From positions 248,001-312,000 of the forward strand of contig JABVCE010000027.1 in the NCBI GenBank assembly GCA_014905635.1: a stretch of 64,000 nucleotides of DNA, in the 5' to 3' direction. Positions 52,272 through 63,770 of the stretch are shown here, one piece after another (within the stretch, counting starts at the first letter, position 1; each line of letters begins with the position of its first letter). A program made the position numbers and the translations under genes. The notes beneath the pieces were generated by a model. The model searched no databases, was not told the DNA's origin, and was given only the letters and a program-made list of their open reading frames with translations. Source of the stretch: Scenedesmus sp. PABB004. Lineage: Eukaryota.

Positions 52272-53553
52272 ATGGACTGGGTGGCGCTGGTGGGCGGGCT
52301 GCTGATCGGGTACCTTCTCTTTGCCATCTGGCGCGCGTGGCGGGACGCGCGCGCGCCGCCGCCGCCGCCGGCCAAGTGGGAGATCGGCGACATCACGGGC
52401 GCCACGCTCGCCGGCCACAACGGCTACGACTGGTCCAAGCCCACGCTGCTGGCGGTGCGGGGGGTGGTGTATGATGTCTCGACGCGCAACGACCTCTACG
52501 GCCCTGGTGCGCCCCGCCCCGGGCGCGCGGGAGGGCGCGGCGGCAAGAGGGTGCTCACACATAGCGAAGGGAGCGCGCGCAGCGGCGCCGGCGGCGCCGG
52601 CGGCCCGCGGCGGCGCGCGGCAGCGCTTGCAGCGGCGGCCGGCCGCGGCCACTGCAACCGCCGGCCGCGCGCGACCGCCGCCCGCCGCCGCCGCCGCCGC
52701 CGCCGCCGCGTCCGCGTGCAGGCAAGCCGCTCAACGTGTATGCGGGCCGGGAGTGCGCGCGCGCGCTGGCCAAGGACTCGGCCGCCGCCGACGACTGCAG
52801 CGCCGACCTGTCCGGCTGCAGCGACGCGGAGCTCGCGCGCCTGGAGGAGCAGGCGCGGCGCATCGCGGCCGAGTTTGACGAGGTCGGCAAGGTGCGCCCC
52901 GGCGCGAGCGCGAGCGCTCGCAGGGCGGGCAGGCGGTGGACGCGGGCCGGGGCCCGGCGGCGCGCGGGCGACCCGGCCCGCCCACTCTGGCGCGCGCGCG
53001 CGCGCAGGTGGTGCCGATGCGCGACGTGACGCCCGAGGAGCTCGCGGCGCACGACGGCAGCGACCCCGGGCGCCCAATGCTCATCAGCATACGCGGCGTC
53101 GTGTTTGACGTGAGCAGCGGCAAGCAGTTCTACGGCCCAGACGGTGCGCCCGCCCCGCCGCCGCAAGCGCGGGGAGCTGCGCTGCGGCTTGCCACAGGCG
53201 CCGCGCCGCGGCGGGCCCGCGCCCCGGCCGGCGCGCCCGCGGCCTGCGCGCGCGCCGCGGCGCGCCCGCAGCAGCCCCCGACGCGCCGCGCCGCGCCGCC
53301 GCCACGGCGCACCGCGCGCCCCTGCCGCCCAGGCATCTATCCGTTTGCGGGGCGCGAGGTCGCGCGCGCGTTTGCGCTCATCAGCACGGACCTCAAGGAC
53401 TGCACTGACGACCTGTCGGGGCTGGGCGCAATGGAGCTCGACGCGCTGCGCGACTGGGAGGCCAAGTTCAATTCCAAGTACCCCATCGTGGGCCGCCTGG
53501 TGCAGGCCGGGACGAAGGCCGAGGCCAAGGCCGGCGGCAAGGCGGCGGGGTGA
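52272..53553 (+). CDS. Membrane-associated progesterone-receptor (MAPR) family protein with two tandem cytochrome b5-like heme/steroid-binding domains
   Basis: N-terminal TM helix; domain 1 LLAVRGVVYDVS...LYGP|GKPLNVYAGRECARALAK; domain 2 LISIRGVVFDVSSGKQFYGPD|GIYPFAGREVARA...WEAKFNSKYPIVG. Confidence 0.88.
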
Positions 53554-54168
53554 CGCCCCACCTGCGACCCCCCGGGCGCGCGCGCGGCGGTCGCGGGGCT
53601 GCGGCCCGCGCGCGCTGGGCTGCAGGGCTGGGCAGGGCTGGCCTGGGCCTGGTCGCGGCGCCGGCGGCGGGCGGTGGCGGCGGCGGCGGCAGCGGCGCGG
53701 TTGCAACCAACGCGGGCGTGCGTCACCACCACTCGAGCGCGACGGGCGCGCGCGCGCGGCGCGGGCAGCTGCTGGCAGCGACGAGCCGCGTCCGGGGGGG
53801 CGGCCTGGACCCTGTGGAGCCCGCTGGTGAAGGCGATCGGCCGCACCGGGCTTCCCACCAGGCTGGGCTGGCCTGCAGCCCAACGGCGACCGACCGCTTC
53901 CGCCGTTGTTCAGGCCCGCATCTCCCCCGGCCGCTCCGCCCATCGCGCAGGCACTCCGGAGCCCCTCCCGCACCAGACCGAGCACGAGGCGCCGCACGAG
54001 CCGTGCTCTTCATCGCGCCCGTGGGAACTCGCGGCCACCATCGCCCCGGCCCGCTGCACAGCCGTCGAAACGCCCTGTGAGCGGGCGCGTCATGGTCGAC
54101 AAGTGATAGGCCTCATGAGACAGTCCAGCATGCCCGGCGGCGGTCGCGCAGGCGGGCGGCACGGCGGG

Positions 54169-57100
54169 ATGCCGCTCCGGCGCGCCCGCCCTGCGGCCCT
54201 GTGGGTTGCGTTGGCGCTCCTGTTGGCGCTCCTGGCTCATGCGAGCGCCATGTCAGAGTCCTGGGTCGTGCGGGTGACGTCGGCGGACAAGCTGCCCAAG
54301 GTGCGCTCCCCGCCTCTCCCGGCCTGCCCCGGCCCGCTGCCCGCGCCGGCCCGCGGGGCATATCGACGTGCATTCCCGCGGTACCGGCACCGCTGGGGCC
54401 CCGCGGCGCGCCCGGGCGGCGGCGGCACCGGCGGCTCGGGACAGCAGCGGCCGCCCGGTGCCGCCGCGCCGCCGCCTCGCGCGGCCGCGTGACGCGCCGC
54501 CGCCCGCCCGCCCGCGTCCACCAGGTGGCGGCGGCGTACCGGCGCAATGGCTTCAAGGTCGTGCACAGCCGCGCGCGGCCGATGCCCCACCTGGTCGTCT
54601 TGCCGCCGGCGGGCGGCGGCGCCGGCGGCGGCGCGGTCGCGGCCGCGGCGGGCCAGACCAGCAGCGCCGCCCTCGCCTGGGTCCCAGGCGCGCCCTGGCC
54701 CGGCTACTTTGCGCAGCTCTCGCCCGGCGGCGACGACCCGCCCGCCGGCGCGCGCGGCGCCGCGCCCAGCGGCGCGCCGCGCCGCGCGGCCGACCTGGTG
54801 CGGCCGACCTTTGTCGCGCCCCCGCCGGCGGGCGCCCGCGCGGCCGCCGCGGCCGCGGCCGACGCGGCGGTCGCCGCGGCGCTGCGGGGCGTGGACGGCG
54901 TGATCGATGCGGAGCGCAGCCAGCCGATGTATCTGCTCCGCGACCCGCCGCACCCGCCGGGCCTGGCCGCGCGGCGCCGCGGCCTGCGCGGCGCGGCGCC
55001 GGCGGCGTCCTGCCCCGTGCCGACGTCGGGCAACCCCGACATCGCCGCCGGCACGGGCACGGTGCGCGGCGCGCGTGGCGCGCGGGCACGCCGGCGCGCT
55101 CCGCCGCGCGGCAGCAAGCCCGCCGCGCACACTCTCTCCCCCTCTCCCTCCTCACTCCTCATTCCCCCCGCGCCGCCGCCGCCGCCGCCGCCGCCGCGGC
55201 CAGGTGTCTGAGGGCGCGCCGTACGGCGTGCGCATGCTGCAGGCGGACCACCCGGACGTGATTGCGCTGAGCCGCAACTTCAAGCAGAAGGTCCTCTTCT
55301 GTGTCATTGATGTGCGTGGGGGAGGAGGGTTTGAAAGGGGAGGGTTTAGGGGAGGGTTTGAAAGGGGAGGGTTTAGAGGGGAAGGCGAGCAGACACGCGG
55401 GACGGGCGGGGCGGGGTGGAAGGCGGGCGCAGGCGCCGGCGGGGCGCAGGGCGCGCGCGCGCGCTCGCGCCGCCGACGCCGACGCTGCCCGCGCCGCCGC
55501 CGCTCCGCGCGCCGCAGACGGGGCTCGACCGCACCAACCCCGAGTTTGACCCGGCGACCACGTCCGGCTGCAGCCCCGGCGTGCCGCACAGCGACGGCAC
55601 GCCCGCGCAGTGCACCAACGAGTGGTCGGCGGACCAGAACGGCCACGGTGCGCGGCGCCGCGCCCGCTGTGCCGCGCCGCGGCGCGCCGCGCGCGCCCGG
55701 CGGCGGCGGCGACGGCAGCGGCGCGCGCGCGCGCATTGACTGACGCCCTCCCGCCGGCGCGGCGCGGCGCGGCGCTGCAGGCACGCACACGAGCGGCACG
55801 ATCGCCGCGCGGCGCGACGGCCGCGGCATCGTCGGCGTGTCGGCCGAGGGCGCGCAGCTCTACCAGTGAGCGGCGCCGCGCGCGGCCGCCGCGCGCCGCC
55901 GCTGCCCCGCCCCCGCGCTCCCCCGCCCGCCCACACGCTCTCACACACACGCGCTGACACCAATCCGCCCGCCCGCCCGCCGCCGCCGCCGCCGCCGCCG
56001 CGGCGCATCAGCTACAACATCTTTGGGAGCGCCGCGTCGTTCGGCGACGTCGACTTTATCGCCGCGTGGGACGCGTGCGAGACCGAGCTCGACGCGCGGC
56101 GCGCCGCGAGCGGCGTGGCCGACATGCGGCTGGTCATCTCCATGTCCATCGGCGGCGGCGGGCAGACGGCCGCGGTCTCGCAGGCGCTCGCGCTGCTCGC
56201 GGCGCGCCGGTCCGACGTGCTGCTCGTCGCCGCGGCGGGCAACGGCAACTCGTCGGCGCTCTCCTACCCCGCCGCCGCGCCGGAGGTTGTGTCCGTCGCG
56301 TCGGTCGACTGGGACGGCCGGCGCAGCTGGTTCTCGCAGTACAATGCAGACGTGGAGTGGGCCGCGCCCGGCACGGGTGCGCGCGCCGCGCCCGCGCCCG
56401 CGCCCGCACCCGCCGCGCTGTGCCGCGCGCGCGGCGCGCCGCGCCGCGCGTGGAGCGCTCTCCCTCTCGCTCGCTCGCGCGCCGCCGCGCCTCGCTCGGT
56501 CGCACGCGCTCACGGCCACCGCGCGCTCGCGCCCTGCTCCCCATCGCGGCGCAGGCGTGCTGAGCACGTTCCCCATGAGCATGGTTGGCAGCTACGCCGT
56601 GGCGCCGCTGCTCGACCTGTCGCCCTTCACGCCCCCCGCCGACGCGCCCGACGCGCTCACCAACCCGCCCGCGCTCGTCATAGGGGGGAGCGGCACCGGG
56701 ACGGTGTCGGGGGCAGTCGTGGACTGCGGGCTCGGCGCGGCGACGTGCGCCGGCGCGACCGGCAAGATCTGCCTCCTCCAGCGCGGCGGCAACATCTTCT
56801 TTTGCGACAAGGCGCGCTTGCGCCTGCGCCCGCGCTCGTGCCTGCGCCCACGCCTGTGCCCGCGCGGCCGCGCTTGCGCGCCTGCGCTTGCGCGCCCGCC
56901 CGCTCCCGCCCCGCCCGCTCCCGCGCGGCGCCGACGCCGCTGACGCCGCCGCGTGCCGGCGCGTCGCCGCCGCAGGTGCGCGCCTGCCTTGCCGGCGGCG
57001 GCATCGGCGCGTTGATCTACGGCCGCATCGACCAGGACGTGTGCGAGCAGGTCTCCGGCGCGACGCTCATCTCGTCCGGCTGCCAGGCGCCCGCCGGCGG

Positions 57101-59173
57101 CGCGTGGCCGGTCGTGCTGACCGCCGCGCGGCGGCAGGGCGAGCTGATCCGGGACTGGGTCGCGGCCAACCCGAGCGCGGTGCTCACGCTGCGCACGGGC
57201 AGCGCCACCAGCAGCCTGGAGATCATGAGCGGCACGAGCATGTGAGCGTCATGACGGGCTCTGTTTGTTGTTATTGTTGTCATTGCTTTTTCGTTTGACC
57301 GTTGACCGACGGGCGCGCTCGCGCGGCGCCCGCCCTCTCCGTCGCGCCGCCCGCTGACCGCGCCCTGCCTCCTGCCTCCTGCCACCCTCCCCCGCCTCCC
57401 CACCGCAGGGCCACGCCCGGCGCCGCGGCGGTGGCGGGGCTCGTGTGGAGCGCGCACACCGACTGCTCCGCGGCCGAGCTGCGCGCGGCGATCTCGGCGA
57501 GCGCCCGCGACGCCGGCGCGCCGGGGCGGGACGACGAGTATGGGTCGGGCATCGTGCAGGCGCTCGCGGCGCACCAGTACCTGAACGCAAACCCCTGCGT
57601 GGGGCCCAACACCGACTGCGCAGGCGCGTGGGGGCCCTGGTCGGCGTGCGCGCCCGACAACGGCGTGTGCGGGCCGGGCAACGCGGCCGCGACGTTCGCG
57701 GTGACGCGCCCCGCGGCCGGCACGGGCGCGCCGTGCGCGGCGGCCGCCGGCGCGACGCGCACGCAGCGCTGCGACGGCCCGCCCTGCCCGCGCAACTGCA
57801 CTGGCGCGTGGACCACGGCGCCCTGCGACAAGCCGTGCGGCGGCGGCTGGGCCGTGAGCACTTACCGCGTGCTGTCCCCTGCGGTCGCCGGCGGCCTGCC
57901 GTGCGAGGCGGCCGACGGCGACGTCAAAGCGGACACCTGCAACGCCAACCCCTGCCCGCGCAACTGCACGGGCGCGTGGACCACGGCGCCCTGCGACGCG
58001 TCGTGCGGCAGCGGCTCGGCGGTGAGCACGTACCTCGTGCAGTCGCCCGCGGTCGCCGGCGGCGCGCCGTGCGAGGCGGCCAACGGCACGACGCGCACGC
58101 AGCGCTGCGAGGCCGCGCCGTGCCCGCGCAACTGCACGGGCGCGTGGACCACGGGCCCCTGCGACGCGTCGTGCGGCGCCGGCTCGGCGGTGAGCACGTT
58201 CCGCGTGGTCGTCCCCGCGGCGCCGGGCGGCGCGCCGTGCGAGGCGGCCGACGGCGCCGTCCGGACGGACGCCTGCAACGCCGCGCCCTGCCTCGTGGTG
58301 AGGGAGGACGCCTTTGCCGCCGTGTCGGGGCGCTGGACCACGCTGTCGCCCGCAGCCAACGACGAGGGCGCGATCGTCGCGCTCTCCGCCGGCGCGGCCA
58401 AGTCGGGCGCGACGCTGCTGCTCGCGTCGGGCGCGCCCGCGGGCGGCGGCGGCGGCGGCAACGGCAGCGCCCCGGGCGCCGGCGGGCGCGCGGCCGCGTC
58501 GCCGGGGCGCCCCCGCGACGCGCCGGCGCTGACGCTGAGCTACCTGAGCAAGCCTGGCTTTGTGGGGCAGGACTCGTTCACCTACACGGTCACAGACGCC
58601 CAGGGCGTCACCGCGACCGCGCGCGCGGTCATCACCGTGTCGCCCGCGCCGTGCACGGCGTCCGCGTGCGCCGCGAGCGGCCGCGCCTGCGCGCCCGCGA
58701 CGGGCGCGTGCGACTGCGACGCGCCGGGCACCGGCCTCGCGCTGGCGTTCGTCGCCAACCCCAGCGTCGCGGGCCGCGGCGCGACGCCGCTCGTCGCGGC
58801 GTGCCGCTTCCCGGCCCCCGCGCTCGCGCCGTCGCTGGCGTCCGCGGCGGGCGTGGCCGCGCCGGCCAACGCGCGCGCCAACGTGAGCTTCACGCTCGGC
58901 GGCGACGGCGCCTGCGCGCCGTCCGCGGCGCCGGTCGCGGCCGCGCGCTTCCGCCGCCTCGGCACCTGCCCCGACCCCGCGACCGGCGACGCGCCGGCGG
59001 CGCTGCCCGCGGCGCCCTGGCGCGCGTCGGCGACGCCACCGCTCGGCGCGGGCGGCTGTGCCGGTGGCGTGTACACATACGTGGTGCGCACGCCGAGCAA
59101 GCCGGGCTGCTACCAGCTGCGGCTCCGCCTCGCGGACGGCACGTGGCTCAACGCCGCGCTCCACGTGGCGTGA
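54169..59173 (+). CDS. Secreted subtilisin-like serine protease (S8) with PA insert, four TSP1-like repeats, bacterial Ig-like domain, Cys-rich module and PxKF-like C-terminus
   Basis: Signal peptide; catalytic triad VLFCVID|TGLD, NGH|GTHTSGTIAA, SGTSM|ATP; oxyanion VAAAGNG; PA domain GKICLLQRGG...FCDK; start could be 54115. Confidence 0.9.
57613..58290 (+). repeat. Four ~168-nt tandem coding repeats (spondin-type TSP1 domains)
   Basis: Repeated CxGAW...CDxxCGxG...GGxPCEAAxG...CxxxPCP; nucleotide repeat CCGCGCAACTGCACxGGCGCGTGGACCACG at ~57788, 57956 and 58124. Confidence 0.9.
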
Positions 59174-60500
59174 GGGAGCCGACGGCGTGCGCCGGGCGAC
59201 GGCCGCCTGCGCCTGCGCCGCTCGGCCGCGCGGAACGACGGCGGCGCCGGCTGCGCGGCCGCCGCAGCACAGCTGGGGGCCCCACTTTAGAGGGGGGCTC
59301 CACTTCAGAGGGCTCCACGTGAGGTGGCAGTCGTCAAGATCACTGACCAGCACTGCTTTGCCACGCCCTCTTGCACGAGGGCGCGCGAATTTGCACGCCC
59401 ACGATTGCCGCGCAGCGGCTTCGCGGCCGCGCCCGGCACTGCTGGCATTGCTGTCTGAAAACAGGGAACACTAACACCTAACACCTAGCAGCGTAAGAAG
59501 CGCAGGCGGTTGAGAACGAGGGAGGGGTGAGGGGGGTGAGGGGGCGGGGCGCGGCGCGGGCGGCGCAGGGCAGCCCCCTTTGCCGCGGACGCCAGCGGCC
59601 GCGCCTGGCACTCGACGCGCGCTCGCCCGTGCACTCCACTTGGTGCAGGCATTGCGCCCCGCGGCGTCGGCGCGCGGCAACCGAGGAGGCTCAGCTGGTT
59701 AGCTGTGGAGGTGCACAGGGTCGACGGCATGGTCACGGCGCTCCAACCCAAGCGACAGCTGGGGCTTTGCTTGCAGATGCGCACACGCGCACATTCACTC
59801 ACCCACACACACCCCTCACGCTCAGCCTCTGGCACGCGCACCTCCCCGCACACAGCACTGGCTCGGCGCAGCACTGAAAGACGCACGGCCGGTGTGCGTG
59901 CGTGAGCGGCCGTCTCGCTCTGATCAGCACGGCGCGCGCGTGCACACGCGCGCGTGACAGGTTGCACAGCGCGGCGCCGCCCTGCTGTGATCGCGGCAGT
60001 GCGTGCGAGCGGCCGCCTTTGCTTTGATCGCATTGCTTGCTTGCTTTCATCTGCGCCCGAGGGGGGCGGAACGCGCGCGGGCAGCGCTGGCGGGGGAGGG
60101 GGGGGCGTGGCCTGGTTGGTCGGCGGCTGCGGTAGGTCGGGCGCGTGGCCGGCTCTCTGGGTAACGCGCAAAGCGCGACGCGCAATGCGTTTTTTACACA
60201 CAGCAGCGCCGTTCGTTCGTTCGTTCCCTCGAGCCGGGCGGCGCACAGGCGCGCGCCCCAACCATGGCATGCGCGTCACACCCGAGCCGCCCCGTCTCCC
60301 CGTCCCCATGCAATGCCGGCGCGCGCGCCGGGCCAGTCAGAGCGTGCACGTGCAGCGCGTCAACGTGCCCACGTGTCACCCCCATCCCCTGCGAGCCGTG
60401 CGTTGCGTTGCACCCCCCGTCGCCGCTCCCGAGGCTCGCCGCGCCCCCGGTCGGGTGGGCGTGCCCTGCAGGGTTTGCGGCGCCCAGCCCCGTGCCCCCC

Positions 60501-60584
60501 GAGCCCCGAGCCCCGAGCCCTGAGCCCTGAGCCCCGAGCCCTGAGCCCCGAGCCCCGAGCCCCGAGCCCTGAGCCCCGAGCCCT
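60501..60584. repeat. 12 tandem GAGCCC(C/T) heptamers, resembling a GC-shifted CCCTAAA telomere repeat
   Basis: Direct count; abuts the synaptotagmin-like stop codon. Confidence 0.85.
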
Positions 60585-60882
60585 AGGCCCAGTAGGGCAG
60601 GAACTCAATCTCCAGCTCCAGCCGCCCCTGCGACCCGCCCGCCCCCAGGGGGTACGTCTCGTGCACGTACCCCGCCTGCTCCGCGCCCGTCCAGCGCGAG
60701 ACCTGGCGGCTGGCGATGATGTCGGAGACCGCGAGCGTCAGGCTGCCAAGCGTGTCGTCGAGCGCGAGGCCCGGCAGCACGACAGACACCTCCAGCGTGT
60801 CCTGCAAGCGGCGCGCGCGGGGGCGGGCGTGGGGGGCGCGCGGCGGGGTGGGGAGAGGGCGCCGAGGGCGGCGGGCCCTGGA

Positions 60883-60915
<33 letters not shown>

Positions 60916-61505
60916 GCGCGCCCGCTCACCCCTCAACCCTAAACCCCGCCCCGCAGCCGCCCCTAAACCCCGCCCTAAACCCCGCCCCACACCCCTAAAC
61001 CCCGCCCCCGCACCGTGTTGTTGACGTCGTACAGCGTGAACTTGTTGTCCCGGCTCCACCGCGGCGCGTTGCTCTTGAGCGGCGGCGTCTTGTGCGTCTG
61101 CGGCTTGCTGCCCTTGCCGCCCGTCAGCTTGACCTGCGCGCCGCACGGGACGCGGCGGCGCGGCGGCGCGGCGGCGCGGCGGCGCGACGCGGGGGTGTGA
61201 GGCGTGGGCCGGCGCCGCGCCGCGCGGGCGGCGCCGGGGCAGCGCGCGGCCCGCGGGTCGGTGGGGCCAGCCCCGGCCATAAACCCTGTCCCCCGCCCCT
61301 CCTAAAACCCACCGAGACAAAGTTGGTGAGCTTGTCGTTCGCGCCGGGCCCCCCCAGGTCGTGGCCGCGGATCACGCCCACCAGCAGCAGGCCCCGCGTG
61401 GCCGACAGAATCTCCTCGCCTGCGCGTGCGGGCGGGTGGGGCGGTGTGGGCGTGTGGGTGCGTGGGCGTGGATTGTGGGTGGTGGGCGTGTGCGGTGGGG
61501 GGGGA

Positions 61506-61542
<37 letters not shown>

Positions 61543-63770
61543 GCTCGCTGCACTGCGCAGCACAGATGCGGACGCGGCCCGTCCCACCCCGGCGAGCCCC
61601 CGCAGCCCCTCCCCAGCGGCGGTGCAGCGCCCCGCGGCGCGCCACCCCGCGCGCCGCGCGCCCAGGCAGCGCCGCGCCCACCCGCGATGTTCTCGACGGC
61701 GCGGTACTGCAGGCCCAGCTTGACCCACCCCTCGCCCTGGCCCTGCGACGCGGGCGCGGCGGGCAGGCGCGGCGCGGGCGGGCGCGGGCGCGGCGGGGGC
61801 CGCGTCGGCGGCTGCCGCGCGCGGCCGGCGCGCGGCTGCGCAGGCGCACGCCGGCCTCCTCACGCCTCACGCCTCCCTCCGCCCACCACACCCAGCCACC
61901 ACCCACCCACCCAAACACACGCACACCCACACCCATCCACGCACGCACCGGGCCGCCGAGGTTGGTCCACTCCCCGCGCCCCAGGGGCACCCAGAACTCG
62001 TCCTCCAGCCCCTCCTCGGAGATGAACTGGCTCAGCGGGATGGCGCTGCGGCCCATAAACTCCTTGGAGCCCTGCGGGGGTGTGGGCGGGCGGGCGGGTG
62101 GGTGTTTTGAGGGCACATAGGGCAGCAAGGGCGAGCAGCGGCGCGCAGCGGCGCGCGCGCGCCGCGAGCGGCCAGCCCTGCGCTCCCCTCCCCCCCCCCC
62201 ACCCACCCACCCACCCACACCCACGCCCACGCCCACCCACACCCGCCCACAAAACCCAACACGCGCGCGCACCTTGAGGCTGGCCACGTCCTTGAGCCCC
62301 GCCAGGCTCGTGACGTTGACTGGGTCGTAGTCAAAGCACTCCAGGCGCAGCACCGTGTCCTTTTCGAGCACGGGCAGGTACTTGACCTGGGGGGGGAGGG
62401 CGGTTCAGGGCCAGGGTCGTAGTAGGGCGGTTTAGGGCGGTTTAACGTGGCGGCGGGGTTTTAGGAGCGGCTCGGGCGGCGGCGGGGTTGTGGGGAATTT
62501 TTTTTTGGGGGGGGGGGGGGGGGGGGCGGCGGGCGGGCTGCGCGGCCGCGGGCCTCCTCCCGCGCGGCGGCGCGGCCGGCGGCGCGCGCGCCGCGGCGCG
62601 CGGCCAAACGAACAGCCACCCTCCCTGCGCCGCCGCCGCCGCCGCGCCCCGAGCACCCTAAGCCCCGTGGTCGCGCGCACCTCGTCCCAGACGGGCGCGA
62701 GGTTGTTGCTGATCACGCGCGTCGCGGCGCGGTAGTCGTCGGTGGTGAAGATCTCAACGAACGGGTCGCTCTTGCCTGTGCGTGTTTGGTCGGGTGCGGG
62801 GGGGGGGGGGGGGGGGGGGAGAGGGAGAGAGAGAGAGAGAGAGGGAGAGAGAGAGAGAGGGGGAGAGAGAGAGGGAGAGAGAGAGAGGGAGAGAGGGAGA
62901 GAGGGAGAGAGGGAGAGAGGGAGAGAGGGAGAGAGAGAGGGAGAGGCGCGCGCGGCGCCGCAGGGCGGGGCACACGGGGGAGGCGGGGCGGGGCGCGGCG
63001 GGGCTCAAGGAGGGGGGCCGCGGGGCGCGGCGCACCCATGGAGTCGTACGAGTTGAGCTCCTTGGCGCAGATGACGTGGACCTGGTGGTGGGTGTGGGTG
63101 TGTGTGTGTGTGTGGGGGGGGGTGTTAGGGTTGAGGGTTGAGGGGGTTGAGAGGGTTGAGGGCCCGCGGGGGGTCGGGACGCAGGAGCGGGGCGGCGCAG
63201 CCCGCGCGGCGCGGCGCCTGCACCGCCCCCCTCGCCGCACCCGGCGGGGCGCCCCCCCTGCTCCGCCCCCGAGCCCCGGCGCGCACGACGGCGCGCGGCG
63301 CCGCCGCCGCCCCTGCGCCCCTAAACCCCGCGCCCCTAAGCCCCGCGCGCCTTGATGACGCCCTGCTGGCGGCCGTTGAGGCGCTCGACCTCCAGGTCCA
63401 CCGCGGGGTCGTCGACGGGCATGACGCCGTCCCAGCTCAGGATGGGCACCTGCGGTGTGTGGGTGTGGGGATGTGGGGGTGTGGGGGTGGTGGGGGTGTG
63501 GGGGCGTGCATGGGTGTGAGGGGGGGGGAGCGATGGAGTGTGCATGTGCGCGCGGTGGTGCATGCACGGGCGTGTGTGGCCCGTCGCCGCCGCCGCAGCT
63601 CCGCAGCGCCTCAGCCGAGCCCCAGCCCTGAACCCGTCACGCCCAAACCCCTCCCCTGAGCCCTTAACCCCTTGGGCCCGCACCGTGACGCGCTTGGGCC
63701 AGAGCAGCATGCCCACGATGACCTGCTGCACGATCATGTCCACAAAGCTCACGATCGGCACCGTCACAAT
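60583..63770 (-). CDS. Synaptotagmin-like SMP + two C2 domain protein, 3' part (5' exons lie beyond the window)
   Basis: End of SMP domain IVGMLLWPKRVT|VPI; C2A VHVICAKEL...DSM|GKSDPFVEI...NNLAPVWDE...LECFDYD...FMGRSAIPL; C2B GLLLVGVIRGHDL...DDTLGSLTLAVSDI...GRLELEIEF. Confidence 0.88.
62819..62945. repeat. (GA)n purine microsatellite preceded by a poly-G run, intronic
   Basis: Directly visible. Confidence 0.9.

Noticed and set aside
57613..58290. Regularly spaced repeats resembling a CRISPR array
   Set aside because: In-frame coding TSP1 repeats with homologous 'spacers'; eukaryotic context and no cas genes
59279..59325. Short direct repeats CCACTTyAGAGG...GCTC downstream of the subtilase
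   Set aside because: Only 2-3 degenerate copies; no interpretable structure
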